Origin: the human T2T-CHM13v2.0 reference genome, Homo sapiens
Length of the DNA stretch: 64,000 nt
Assembly (NCBI RefSeq): GCF_009914755.1
Contig: NC_060941.1
Strand: one strand, 5' to 3'
In this document: positions 1 to 19,849 of the stretch, in pieces
Layout of the letters: each line of letters opens with the position of its first letter
Position numbering within the stretch: position 1 is the stretch's first letter
The notes under the pieces: model-generated
Seen by the model: only the letters and a program-made list of their open reading frames with translations
What the model was told of the DNA's origin: nothing
Database searches by the model: none
Translations under genes and position numbers: made by a program

Positions 1-363
1 ACTATTAGCATCATCTAAGGGGAGTACTGACTTTGCTATACTGAATTCCTGCATGTTAATGCACTATAAGATTTTCTTCAGTTTCGATGATAATGAAAGG
101 AGATTGCATTTTTAGAAACTTCTCATTTTTTGTCAAAAGTTTTAATTTATTCTTAATTAAATTTTAAAAGGACCCTCAGAAAATCTGAATATGGACAGGG
201 TCTTAGATGAAATTAAGGATTTACTGTTAATGTAACAACAGCATTGTGGTTACTGTGACTTTTTCTTAAGTACCTGGAGTGAAATGACATGGTTTCTGAG
301 TTTTACTTTAAAATGTTCCAACAAAAAAATTTAACAGGGAGTGGGGACAGATGAAAGAAATCA

Positions 364-694
<331 letters not shown>

Positions 695-721
695 AGCTCA
701 GTAATGAGTTTGTGAGGATGT

Positions 722-1042
<321 letters not shown>

Positions 1043-1250
1043 TTGATAAGTTCAAAAAGGTATCTTATAAGCCTTAAAAATAAAACAACTACAGGCAACA
1101 CATTCAAATATTTATTACACATATATTATATATACAATAACAATGCCAAGTGCTGAGGATTCAGTGGTAGAAGAGAGAGACATGATCTATGCCCTCATCG
1201 AGTTATATAGTCTAGGCTACTCTTCTTTCATTTGTTAATAATAGTTTTAA

Positions 1251-1866
<616 letters not shown>

Positions 1867-2881
1867 AAAATGACAGATCTTTGAAGCCAGAAAAATGTGC
1901 TCTGGAGGCAAATTCTTCTGTATAAAATAACCCCTATTCCTTAGAGAAACAGAATTCTAATCCATCAACTGGCTCATTATATTTGTCAGAAATTTCTATT
2001 TGGAACTTTTTTTTCAGTGCTGCTGTTCTTGGAGTCTCCCTCCTGTTAACTCTGTCACCATTCCAAAATGGCCAGGCCAAGGGAAAAAGAGGCATAGTTA
2101 CACGGCTCAAATGACCCATTTAGCAAGGCAGAGGTGAGACTCCCATGGCTATCTTTTTGTCTCTATTCTGATACTCCTAGGAAAAGCTAGGGAAGCACAA
2201 ACAGCAGAAGTGGCTACATTAAATCTTGTTTCTAATAAGAACGGATATAACAAGAATGTAATGCTTACCATTCTGATGCCAAATGCATAAGATAGAGAGC
2301 TGTACTTTTGACTTCATGTTCCATGAAGTAATTGAGCATTTAAAACCAAATTCACTTATGAGAAGCTAAGCGGAACTAACATTTAAATGGACTAAGATCT
2401 AGAAGGCTGGGATCAAGGGTGGGATATTATACACACAGAAAAATGAATAAATAGTAAATGTACATGTGGCAGACCGGGAGGCAGTACTGACTCCTTCTCT
2501 GATTGTAGAAACACTCTACAACATGTTAATTAATCACAAATCCTGGTGCAGGTAAACTGGATTTTCTTATAAACAAGATCTCGCATATTATTACATATTT
2601 ATATTTGGGCCTCCCTTGGCCCAAGTTTCCTGAATGTGTTAGAGGCTCTTTTATTCTCTGTCAACGCTCCAAGAATTTCTGGCAAGGCTCAAATACAAAT
2701 GGCCTGGGAACAAATGAACTTTGTTTCTGACAATTTATTTACAGCTCCTACACCAACCAGTGGCAACTGATTGGCTAAGTCAAAGCTGATAAAAGGAAAA
2801 ATATAACTTTCATAAGTATTATCTATAATGCAAGTTACCAGCCAAGTTAGAAGTGGGCTGCAAGAGTTTCTTTGTAAGTGA

Positions 2882-3202
<321 letters not shown>

Positions 3203-3340
3203 AGATGTCTCTTTAAAGTTTATTTTATAATATCAAAAGCATTTCAAATGTTTGGCTCTCCCTTGCTTACTCAAACTGTAACAGAAGTTCCCAAACCTAA
3301 TGAGAAGGGCCCCAGACATTTAATACTGACTTAGGCTTGA

Positions 3341-3577
<237 letters not shown>

Positions 3578-3767
3578 AATTTTAAGCTTCTTAAATGGAA
3601 GAATAGCACTTAAGAGTTCCTGGAATTTGATCACAGGCCTCTAGACAGTACCTACAGTATTGATTCAACACCTATATCCTAATTAGAAGGATGAGATAAA
3701 AATCTTTGAAGAAAAAATTCTGAAATGTGAGGGGATAAACCCAAGACTTTAATTAAAGTTCCTTTTA

Positions 3768-4063
3768 GGCCGGGCGCAGTGGCTCACGTCTGTAATCCCA
3801 AAACTTTGGGAGGCTGAGGCAGGTGGATCGCTTGAGGTCAGGAGTTCGAGATCAGCTGGCCAACAGGGCAAAATCCTCTCTCTACTAAAAATACAAAAAA
3901 AATTAGCTGGGTGTGGTGGCATGTGTCTATAATCCCAGCTACTCAGGAGGCTGAGGCAGGAGAATTGCTGGAACCCAGGAGGAGGAGGTTGCAGTAGGTT
4001 GAGATCACGCCACTCCACTCCAGCCTGGGCGACAGGGCAAGTGAGACTCTCAAAAAAAAAAAA
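3768..4063 (+). mobile_element. AluS
   Basis: Full dimer, TSD aaagttcctttta. Confidence 0.93.
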
Positions 4064-4693
4064 AGTTCCTTTTAAGCTTCAAGATTCTAGGTTAAGGAAT
4101 TAAAAATCTATGTGCCGCAGCCATAAGGAAAAGTCTAACGCCCATCCTGGTTTAAGGTTTATTTCGTATTCCTCTGTTGGAGATAAGATTAAGCAAAATC
4201 TAATAATTTATTAACACAATCAAATAAATTTAAAATGGCAATTTTGTACATAATATCCTAATTTTGAAAAGGACAGCATTTCCAATGTTTCTTCAGTCTC
4301 CAGAACCTATATTGAAATCAATGACTGGAATAAGACAATAATTGAGATGCATTTGATTTATCAACTAAAGTTCTCCTTGAAAAGGACACTACTGAAGTCC
4401 ATTTTAATTGTCTAAACAAAACAATTATTCTGGACTTTAAAACTTGGCAGCAATAGTAACTAAGATTATATTTCCAAGAAACTACATTTACTGCCTAAAT
4501 GTGGAATCCTATTACAAGTTACAGGTGAATTGGATCCAGCAATCTTAGGACTGAAGTAGGTCTGAGAAGTCATCCCCTGCCTCTTTATTCCTGAAGAACC
4601 CAATCTGTTTTCAAAGCTCATCTATTAAAGAATAATGCTATTCCCTCGGCATCCAATTTAAATGTTTAACCTAATTACAAGCAGTTTACAAAC

Positions 4694-4928
4694 TGGGCAT
4701 AGTGGCATGCCAGCTACTCGGGAGGCTGCAGTGGGAGTATTACTAAAAATACAAAAATTAGCAGGGCATCATGGCATGTACCTGTAATCCCAGCTACTCA
4801 GGAGGCTGAGTCGTGAGAATCAGTTGAACCCAGGAGGCAGAGGCTGCAATAAGCCGAGAACACACCACTGCATTCCAGCCTGGGTGACAAAGCGAGATCC
4901 ATCTCAAAAAAAAAAAAAAAAAAAAAAA
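4694..4928 (+). mobile_element. Internally deleted/chimeric Alu
   Basis: Short Alu piece fused to A-rich linker and right arm. Confidence 0.85.
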
Positions 4929-5016
4929 AGAGCTTCTCTCCTCAGCATCATCTAACATCAGGAAATACTCCTCCTTAAGCTTAAACTGTAACTTTGCCTT
5001 TAATTTCTTTTCACCA

Positions 5017-5314
<298 letters not shown>

Positions 5315-5317
5315 GAC

Positions 5318-5394
5318 TTAATTTCTTTACACCAAGAGTCTTACATGCATGCCCCTGTGTGCATGATGTAAGACTCTTGGTGAAAAGAAATTAA
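5318..5394. repeat. Inverted repeat: 29-bp arms, 1 mismatch, 19-nt spacer
   Basis: ttaatttctttacaccaagagtcttacat … atgtaagactcttggtgaaaagaaattaa. Confidence 0.95.
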
Positions 5395-5810
5395 TTACCC
5401 CCAGTAAACTACATTATAAAGGCCCAATGTCTAAGACAGGCAGTTCACCCAATCCATCAGAGAGAAAGGTTCCAAAAGTAGGTAAATATTAAATGCTAGT
5501 CAAAAGAATGAAGCAAAATCAATAGCCAAAATTAAAACAGGCTTCACTTGTGACACTAGTAAACTAAAGAACACTGTCTTCAAAAGAAAAAGATTAGAGC
5601 TTCAGGAAGTCTCTGAATTTTTTTTTAAATCAGTCTGTATGAAATTCTTAAATATGAATTATATTCTGTGTAGCCATTAAAAACCATGATTTATTTATTG
5701 ACATGGAAAGATATCCATGATAAACTATGAAGAAAGTAGGTTACAAAAAGGTATTTCTATTTTTATCACATTTTCGTAGAAACAAAACAATGCTCTTCCT
5801 CTCACTCTTT

Positions 5811-5878
5811 ACACACACACACACACAGACACACACACACACATAGACACACACACTCTCTCTCTCATATATACATAT
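5811..5878. repeat. Compound (CA)n(CT)n(TA)n microsatellite
   Basis: Read directly. Confidence 0.95.
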
Positions 5879-6387
5879 TTAAAAAAAGAGTGGAAGGATA
5901 CTTATCCAAATTGCTGAGAACGATTTTCTCAGAATGTAGAATACAGAGTGATTTTTATTTTATTTATACCTTTTTGCATTGTTTGGGAGAAAAAAAAACC
6001 CCACATAATACATTTATAGCTAGAAAAAATGAACCAATTTCCATTTTAGAAAGCAACATATGATGAAAACCAAAATCATAAAACTTCTCATTTTCTTGAA
6101 TTCTCCTGCAAAATACTCAAAAAAGACCTCTTTGTACCTTATCAACACTTCAGCTTTAGTTAAGAACATCAATTGAAATTACTTCAAATGTCCTGAAAAT
6201 TCTTAATTTCTCAGATTAATGTTTTAATTAAATGGTTGATCTTTGGTAACGTGCAAGAGTACTATAAAACCACTTTCTTTATTTTACTAGCTACAGTTTT
6301 TCTAAGTACTACAGTTAATGCTTGATGCCTGTATTTGGAACACAGAGCTTCCCTGGAGGAAAAGATTGGCTTTGTCCTATTTTCTCT

Positions 6388-6681
<294 letters not shown>

Positions 6682-6723
6682 TATTTTCAATGCTAAAGCA
6701 AAATGTGTGGTTTGGTTGGGTTA

Positions 6724-7087
<364 letters not shown>

Positions 7088-7661
7088 CTATCAAACTTTT
7101 AACCTTCTGCACAAATCTTCAGAGTTTCAGCATTACAAATTTAACTCAAAACAAAAGCCTTTGCTTTGAGTCTACAAATGCTCCTTTCAGTTACAGAAGT
7201 GCTAATTTGTCCAAAGTCATACAATGCATTGACTCATTTTCTTGAAGATGACTCACTCAATAAGCTGAAACATAATGACTATGTGTTTGTAACAACTCAA
7301 AACAACTGTAAAACGGCTTGTCATTTGAACTTTGAATTCAGAGGCATCAGTTACATTTTCTGAATTTATATTTTATAAATGTAAAGCAGCTGAAGATGCA
7401 TATTTTAGTAAGAAAAGAATTGCCAGCTCTGCCTTTGTAACTGCTTCCTTCATGTTCTTCCAAGTCTCTATGTAGTTAAAATTATTTTAATATTTAGAGG
7501 TTCAAACCAAATTCCAGAAGGTTATCAATGAGAAAACGATAAAGTGATGTTAGATCTCTTTAAAGCTTTAGCTTTACCAAAACACACAAATGTTGAAAGC
7601 TATCAGCAAATATTTATTGGGCATCCAGTATGTGCAAGTGACTGTTGTTATGGGTTTTCAA

Positions 7662-8504
<843 letters not shown>

Positions 8505-8886
8505 TAGATAATTATTTAAGAAAGAAATATATCAAGAAATACAGACAAGATTTATATAAATGTATAATGTTACTTTTGGTTAGGATATAAAACATTTAAA
8601 AAATTAAAATTAAGATATAAAATAACTATGAAAAGATTCCTTTAAATTTTTATATATTCTAATCAAAGGACTCATTACCACATACCTAGATTACTGCAAT
8701 AACTACCCTAGCAGGCCTCCCTGATTTAAAATGATCTTTTCCTCCTCTCTATTCTGTATTAGCTTCTGAGGAATCTTCCCTAACTACTATAGCTGTCCCA
8801 CGGCATTCTTTGGCTCAAAAACCTGTAATGTTTCACAAGTGCTTATTGAAAAGGGAGAGGTACTACCTTTAGTTAGTAATCTAGAG

Positions 8887-9091
8887 CAGGCAGCAAGCTT
8901 GTGCAACCCGTGGCCCAAGATGGCTTTCAATGTGGCCCAGCATAAATTCATAAACTTTCTGAAAACATTATGAGATATTGTGATTTTTTTTTTAAGCTCA
9001 TCAGCTATCGTTAGTGTATTTTATATGTGGCCCAAGACAATTCTTCTTTTTCCAGTGTGGTCCAGGGAAGCCAAATGATTGGACACCCCTG
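8887..9091. mobile_element. MER30 DNA transposon relic
   Basis: gtggcccaagacaattcttc…agggaagccaaatgattggacacccctg signature. Confidence 0.8.
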
Positions 9092-9280
9092 AGAGGCTCA
9101 GATGGGAAATGTAAATAAGGAAAGTAAGCCACGTGAATATTGAATGGGTAGAAATACTTTCCAATTTCCACAAAGAAATATGGTCATCTCAGTTTTGTTT
9201 TCCTAGTTTTATTGGAGGTATTACTACAACAGTGCAGGAATGATGACAAATGGTGACACTTGACTTAAGAAGACAATAGG

Positions 9281-9580
<300 letters not shown>

Positions 9581-10350
9581 TTAAGAACCCATGCTAGATC
9601 TCACCTAACTTTAAAATTCTGGCTTATGTTTTTTTAAAAAAACACTGTGATCCAAACAAAATGTATCTCTGGCCTATACACTGCCAGTTTGAGACCTCCA
9701 GTTTACAGCACTAAATCCATATTTGCCTGCCTTGTTTTCTAGTCTCTATCTTCCCAATAATCATAATAATAATCCCCATACTTAGACAGCATTTTGCACT
9801 ATGCAGTATGTTTTCATGTCCAGTTGACCCTCTCAACGTGAGAGGTAGTCAGGAGATGAGGAAATGGGCACAGACAGGGTAAAGTAACTTGTCCAGTATC
9901 GTATGATTAGTAAAGACCTAAGTCCACGTCTCCTGAGTCTGAAGCCAGCATCAATCTTTGGCCATTTCACTCCCTCCTTGTCCTTCCCTATGTGTGTTTT
10001 TGCTTGTTAAGTCCTTATCTAGAATAATTTCTTTCTACCAATCCAAATCTCATCATCTTTCAACAGTCAGCTCAAGCTCCACTGACTACATAAATCTTCC
10101 TAATCTAGGTCAAATCCCCAAGGTTTTTCTCCATTTTCTGAACTTCAATTGTAATTATAGTTAATAACTTACAAATTGGTGCTTACCAACAGTCTTAAAC
10201 CATCAAATTATTTCACAACACTCCACATTATCTTCTCTCTTACTTCACATAGTTCCCAGCACTGTGTTGGGATGTAAAAATGACTGTTCAATTTTGGCTA
10301 TCTTAGATAGTCTTTTGAGGAAGAAAATTATGATGACACCACTAACTTAC

Positions 10351-10415
10351 CAGCCTGATGTTGTCTTCTGGGCGGAGTAAAATGAACATTGCTTGGAGAT
10401 GCTGTTGGAGATCGC
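10351..10415 (-). CDS. SSH2: SSH2 coding exon, 65 nt: (G)DLQQHLQAMFILLRPEDNIRL
   Basis: Minus strand: aatttcaccag|GCGATCTCC…AGGCTG|gtaagt; phase matches the preceding exon (G|GC = Gly). Confidence 0.97.
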
Positions 10416-10957
10416 CTGGTGAAATTTACAAACCAAAGGATAATTATTCTCCATTCTAATGTTGACAGAGAGGATTCCTTCTACTTTAGTGACTTTTGTA
10501 AAAGAAAGTTCTGATTCATTAAAGGACTCTAATTAGACATAGAAATTAAATGATTATTAACTTCTTTTAAAATGGAAAGACAGACTGCTAGACTGCATCT
10601 TAATACATTTGCTTTTAGTCTATACTACATTAAAATTTATGTCTGTTCTATGAAAGGTACACTTGAGACCAGTCTCAGTTTTGTATTATGGTGGATGTTC
10701 ATGAGAGACTTGTTGGTGAGATCTGTTAGGCAGAGGTAGCACCCACTGGCTGTTTTTGGGCCCACTGAAGGTAGCAATGAGGGCACTTTGAAAATGGGTG
10801 TAGTAGTGTAGTGTTAGAGGAATTATCCATAACTTTTAAAAAGCTAACCATTTTTTCATTCCTATTTCTATAATTATATGCTTCGGTTGCATTTGACCTA
10901 GGAAGACTTTTGGATTCTCCCTAGAATAAGGTCAATAGTTTAAAATGATTTTCATAT

Positions 10958-11057
10958 TAGTGACTGATATTATTATTATTTATTTTAATTTTTTTGAGAT
11001 GGAGTCTCGCTGTCACCCACGCTGGAGTGTAGTGACTGATATTATAATGAGAGTATG

Positions 11058-11104
<47 letters not shown>

Positions 11105-11504
11105 GTATATACGTATACATATACACAGAGTGAGACTCCGTCTCAAAAAATATATATATACACACACACGTATATATATGTATATACACATGCATATATG
11201 TATATAAATATACATACATATATACACATATGTGTGTATATATATACTCTCATAATATCCATACATATAAATATATATTTATATTTATACATATCCATAC
11301 ATATAAATATATATACACATATATGTGTGTGTATATATATACTGTCATTATAATATCAGTCACTACACTCCAGTGTGGGCGACAGAGCGAGACTCCATCT
11401 CAAAAAAAAATTAAAACTCATGCTAGAGCTTGCAGAGCCAAGATTGCGCTACTGCACTCCAGCCTGGGCGACACAGCGAGACTCTGTCTCAAAAACATAT
11501 ATAC

Positions 11505-11540
<36 letters not shown>

Positions 11541-11886
11541 CTATGTATGTATATATATACGTACGTGTGTGTGTGTGTGTGTGTGTGTATTTTTTGAGAC
11601 AAGAGTCTCGCTCTGTCATCCAGGCTGGAGTGCAGTGGTGCGATCTCTGCTCTGCAAGCTCCGCCTCCCAGGTTCACATCATTCTCCTGCCTCAGCCTCC
11701 CGAGTAGCTGGGATTACAGGCGCCTGCCACCATGCCCGGCTAATTTTTTGTATTTTTAGTAGAGATGGGGTTTCACCGTGTTAGCCAGGATGGTCTTGAT
11801 CTCCTGACCTTGTGATCCGCCTGCCTCGGCCTCCCAAAGTGCTGGGATTACAGGCGTGAGCCACAGTGCCTGGCCAATGAGAGTAT
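10958..11886. repeat. AluY (minus, about 11590-11875) with nested inverted duplications and (CA)/(TA) tracts
   Basis: Inverted arm pairs 10983-11070/11325-11416 and 11426-11540/11565-11661. Confidence 0.9.
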
Positions 11887-12427
11887 ATATTAAGTATGCC
11901 ACATAAGGGATATATATTCTCCTGAACATATTATTAGGTTCTTTAAAATGGCCAACCATTATTTGAATCTTCACTTGTTCTTATACATCTTGTCAAACTA
12001 AGTTGAAATTTCTTTGTTTTAACTATTATAGATTTCCTCATATTCCTAGGAAATCTGAGGCTTTAGATAGCAGGAGATAAATAATGTACTATCATAAATT
12101 ATGAAAATCTGTGAACAAAAAAACCTCATTCTTGCCCACTCAGATCTTGCCCTTATTAAAGTCTAAGGTGACTGACATAGTCACATAACCATGAATGCCA
12201 GTATAACTTGTTCTCACATTGGTCTTGAAATCTACATAATTTTCCTTCAGTTAACTAATAGCTGTTAATTATGAGATGAAATACTGTTATGTACAAGAAG
12301 TGGATAGAGGCAGGAAGAAAAAAAAATAGGTTGGCAAACGGGTTGGTGCGTTTGTCTAAATGGTCAGCAAGTCTGAAAGCCTTTCCTTTCTTCTCCCTCT
12401 TTCCTTCTCATACAGAATAGTTTTCTT

Positions 12428-12550
12428 AATCTCAGCACTTTGGGAGGCTGAAGCGGGGGAGTGCTTGAGGCTAGTGAGCTATGATCATGCCACTGCACTC
12501 CAGCCTGGGTGACAGAGCAAGACCTTATATTTAAATATAAATAAATAAAC
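12428..12550 (+). mobile_element. Deleted Alu monomer fragment
   Basis: cagcactttgggagg…gccactgcactccagcctggg. Confidence 0.8.
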
Positions 12551-12734
12551 AAAAACCAAACAACTCCCCCACCCCAAACCAAAAAGGATGGTTTTCACTG
12601 CTGGCTTCTGACCAATTAATTCCATATTGCAGAATCTTTCAATTTTCAAAATTAAAATGGAGAGTCATTATGTTTGGCCAGATCCATTCTACTACATTTC
12701 AAGGCCAGGGACACAATCTAAGTCTCATATGCAC

Positions 12735-13285
12735 AAACCCAAGAGAAATCAAAACGTATGTCCACCCAAAAAGTTGTACACACATCTATAATACAGCATT
12801 ATTCATAATAGCAAAAAAGTGGAAACAACTCAAATGTCTATCAAATGATGAATGGATAAATAAAATGTGGTATTATCCACAAAATGTAATATTATTTGGT
12901 CATAAAAAGGAATGATGTACTGATACATACTATACCATGGATGACCTTTGAAAACATGCTAAGTAAAAGGAGCCTAACTCAAAAATCCATTCATATGAAT
13001 CCATTTACAGAACATCCAGAATAGGCAAATCTATAGAGACAGAAAGTAGATTAGTGGTTGCTTAGGGCTGGTAGAGAGGGTGAGAGAAATAGGGAGTGCC
13101 TGCTAATGGACATCGGGTTTATTTTCAGGGCGATAAAAATGTTCTAAAATTAGATTGTGGTGATGGCTGTACAACTCTGTGACTATTCTAAAAACCAATG
13201 CATGTACACTTTAAATGAGTAAACTGGGTGAATTATATGGTATGTGGATTATATCTCAATAAAGCTGTTAAACAAAAAATAAAAG
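12735..13285 (+). mobile_element. L1MB-type 3' end fragment
   Basis: ORF2 C-terminal remnant (ALFIIAKKWKQ…EWINKMWY), 3'UTR ending atatctcaataaagctgtt. Confidence 0.85.
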
Positions 13286-13374
13286 AACAAGTATGAGGAG
13301 ACAAAGTGTTAGGTATAAACAGTGAAAAGCTACCGGAGTTACAAGTTGCAACTGAGTTAAGCAACTGAGGATAC

Positions 13375-13690
13375 TTTTTATTTTATTTTTTTCTTGAGAC
13401 AGGGTCTTACTCTACCACCCAGACTGGAGTACAGTGGCGCTATCACAGCTCCCTACAGCTGTGACCTCCTGGGCTCAAGCAATCCTCCCACCTCAGCCTC
13501 CAGGGTAGCCAGGACTAACTACCCTAGGTGTTGTGCACCACAACGCCTAGCTAATTTTTTGTATTTTTTGTAGAGATGAGGTTTCACCATGTTGCCCAGG
13601 CTGGTCCCAAACTCCTAAGCTCAAGCAATCTGTCTGCCTCGGCCTCCCAAAATGCTGGGATTACAGGCACAGACCACTGCACCAGGGCTG
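13375..13690 (-). mobile_element. AluJ
   Basis: Diverged dimer. Confidence 0.9.
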
Positions 13691-15658
13691 AGCTTCTTTA
13701 AAATTAAGTTTCCTTCTGTCCTACCAGTAGAAATAACCAGAGGAAAGGATTTTTAGGATGGAGAACTTCTGGAGGAGAACCCTAAATAGCAGCCCAAAGT
13801 CCCCACTCCAAACACTACTGGCCCAAAGATTCAGCTGGCTTATTTGAAGCTCAGACAAAAACCAGGAGTCCTACTCAAGTAAGCCTTCTTATGCGAGTTG
13901 GAAGCTCAGGTTTGTCAGCTGCAAAAAGTACTTACTGCTCTGAGCAAACTGCATATCATTTCCTACTGGGCAACTGTTCTTCACAGAGTCTAACAGAAGG
14001 CAATATATTGATATAGCATTAAGATAACCTTCCCTACATTTCCCTACCATATACTTCATTTCTAGGAGCTAAATTTCAAATTTCTATTGGATTTTATAGA
14101 CTTTTCATTGTTTCCATTTAAAATACTGGCAGACATTCACCCATAATACCCTTTTTTGATTGCAAAATAGTATTTGGATATTTCAAATGCAGCCCAGTTA
14201 AAAAATTCTAACTAGTTCAAGAAACATGCATAAGGAAGTACAACTAGACAAGGTAAGCCCTTGATCTGCTCTCAATTCTGCCATCAACTTGCAGTTACTG
14301 TGGGCCTGGCCAAGGCAGCTTCAGTTTATGTGACAGCCTGGCTTTTACAAGCTGAGTTTATACTCGCACTGCCTCATCTGTTCCGGTCTGGATCACAAGC
14401 AAGTCCATTCAGCTTGTGTTAAATCTGCTTTTCTTTTTAGTATGAGGAAAGCTAAGTGAACAATGTCAAGTAGAAACCTGGGTGGCAGCTGAGTGTAGAA
14501 GTTTGACCAAAGAAAAATGCCAACCAGTGCCAGGAGCTTTAAAAGCCACTGACCCCATTAACTATCACATGCCATAGAGTAATTTGCCCAACATTCTAGT
14601 CAGACAAACTGGATTTAAACCAATAATTTGTCTTCTTTTTACTGTAAGGGATAAATATCCACACTGAAAAGAAATAAAAAGCTTAGTGGGCATACTTCAT
14701 CTGCACATTCAAGTTTTTTGGGGAAGTGTCCTCCCCTACCCGACCTCTGGTACTGGGCACTGGGGAGGAAGGTTTTAGAAAGTGTAATCCAAGCTAATTT
14801 CCAAAAGAGGTTATTTCTTCCCTTACTCTAAAAAATTTTCCATGGCTGGAGAGTTCTGGTAGGAGGAAAATATTGTCCAAACAAAATGGATTATGATTCT
14901 GAGCTGCCACAGTTGCAACTAGGTGAAGGCCCAAACAAGTAGTAGGGCAGCCACTAAAACAGCCGAGATTATCTTGACTAAAGCTATGCTCAACTACTGG
15001 CTCAATGGGATCCAATATTTTTGGCTTTTACCTCTGACCTAAACACTTAAGGTTATCGTAGTCTTTGTTCCTTTCTTAGTAATTACAATTTTTTTCACTC
15101 CTGGAGGTCATAAGTGGTCAAAGTGGCCCATTTATGACAACAAGCAATCACCTCTTTCTGTACTACTGATCAGGATTAGTGTCCTCAGGCTGACTTTTAT
15201 TTTTTTTCCCCAAAATGATAAATAAGGTCTGCCAGTAGAAGAGAAGCATTAGGTTATCTTCTTAAACTGTGGATATCCTATACCTGGAGATCTCTCTCCC
15301 TAAGACACATTTTCTACGGTTCTTTTAAAACCTCATCATCACAGGTGTTCCTGATTTTAGAGAAATCCAATATAAAAGAATACAGTGCATATACTACTGT
15401 TAGTTGATATTTCAAAACAAGAGTCTTATACTCATTCCTATGTGAACATTTGATGATTCCTTCTGGGTTGAATTTCCAGTCTTTTTAGTGTATACATTCA
15501 AGTAGCAGACACTGGCATTTTAATATGTGACATAATGACTCATTATCACAGCAAAAAGTTTATCTTAGTATATTCTGTATCATTCCCCTCCTCATACCAT
15601 CACCAGACAGTAGAAAGAAATCAGAAATTGAATCTTTGATTAGTTGAAGTAATTCTGA

Positions 15659-16919
<1,261 letters not shown>

Positions 16920-16962
16920 CACCTGAACATTTTTAATCTGAACACTCAAAACCTTAACTGAG

Positions 16963-17578
<616 letters not shown>

Positions 17579-17849
17579 TTAACTGAGAAGTTCCATATAA
17601 CTTCATTATTTTGGTACCGTCTTATTATTATTCCAACAAAAATGTATTGAACATCTACTATGTGTAAAAGGCTTTTTGCGAAGCGCTAAAAAAATTGGTC
17701 TGTGAGGGTAAAAGTCATTACGGCCCTGTACAATGCTTTCTTTCACCATTAAAGAACTTCTGAAGAGATGGGGATGAGGTAGTCAACCTTTTAGAATGTA
17801 ACAAAAGATATAGTTACCAAGAAAGAAATGGTGTATATGCAAGCATTAC

Positions 17850-17953
17850 CTGCATGCTTGTTCCGTCTGTGGCTGATTCTTGGTGTGGATGAGCCATTTC
17901 CCCGTGGTAGAAAAAGGGCAGCACCTTTGACAGTTAGAAAGCTCTCGCTGATG
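17850..17953 (-). CDS. SSH2: SSH2 coding exon, 104 nt: (S)ISESFLTVKGAALFLPRGNGSSTPRISHRRNKHA(G)
   Basis: Minus strand: ttttccttgtag|CATCAGCGAG…CATGCAG|gtaatg; 1+102+1 nt, open frame, matches the recalled SSH2 sequence. Confidence 0.97.
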
Positions 17954-18131
17954 CTACAAGGAAAAAGTCAAAAGAAAATAAATTACTTAGGAAAGGAAAT
18001 CAAAGAGTAGGATGGATAACCACTTTTGGATTCTCTCTTCTCTATTCCAAAGTCCCAACTTCATGGAACGAAGTAAAAACATAATCAAGAGAGGCTGTGG
18101 TTACTCACTCATACGCTCCTGTCTACTCTAG

Positions 18132-18769
<638 letters not shown>

Positions 18770-19309
18770 AAAACTTACAATATTCTATATACATTACATG
18801 GCAGCAGTTAAGAGCGCAGGCTCTGAAACCAGAATGCCTGAGTTTGAATCCTGGCTTTACTTCTTCCTAATAGAGTAGGCCTAAATTTCCTTATCTGTAA
18901 AACAGGGATAATAAAATGAAGTTGTTGTAAAGAGCCAATGAGAACAGAGCTTCTTAAAGTGGTGCCTAGCATACAGTAAAAAGCCCTTAATAAATATTAG
19001 TTATTATAAGTAGATTAGTAGAAGGTTATCAGTAATGATGTTTCAATACCGTCCTGATCAGATGTGAAGTATGTTACAATATTTAGCTACTAGTAATAGG
19101 TCCAAAGTTTGCAAAAAAAATTTGTTTAAAATATACACAACAGTAAAATGTTACCTCAAAATTTTACTACTGCCAACTTGTATCCCCATACTCAGTGAAA
19201 AGTAGTAGGCAGGAAGTGTGTTTAACCTACTTGAGTTTGTCATTCACAAGATGATAATATAGGTGGAGAATTACTGCTGAGGATAGTAACTATTCAAAAT
19301 ACAATTACT

Positions 19310-19616
19310 GGTCTGGTCACAGTGGTTCATGCCTGTAATCCCAGTGCTTTGGGAGGCCAAGCCAAGAGGATTGCTTGAGTCTTGGAGTTTGAGACCAGGC
19401 TAGGCAACACAGTGAGACTCCATCTCTGAAAAAATATTTTAAAAATAGCTGGGGGTGGTATCACATGCCTGTAGTCCTAGCTATTCAGGAGGGTGAGGTG
19501 GGAGGATCACTTGAGCCTAGGAGTTCGAGATTATAGTGAGTTATGATGGCGCCATTGTACTCCAGCTGGGGCGACAGAGCAAGACTCTGTCTCTTAAAAA
19601 AAAAAAAAAAAAAAAA
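19310..19616 (+). mobile_element. AluJ
   Basis: Diverged dimer with poly(A). Confidence 0.9.
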
Positions 19617-19849
19617 GCAAAACACAAAAACTAGTGGATACCCACAAACAACCAGAAAATAAATCTAAATTATTTCATATCAATAAACTAAATAAGCCTT
19701 TCAAGTTATCCATCAAGTTTCTCACAGAATCTGAAAGGACAGAACTTAACTCACAAATAGCCAAGTTTAGAAATACCTAATAGAGGATTCTAAATTGCTT
19801 TTGAGTACAGTACTGCTATTAAAGGTTAGCTAGCAGACTGTAAATGACA

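Noticed and set aside
11013-11784. ORFs up to 184 aa rich in HT/YI/CV repeats
   Set aside because: Products of stop-poor dinucleotide repeats and Alu fragments
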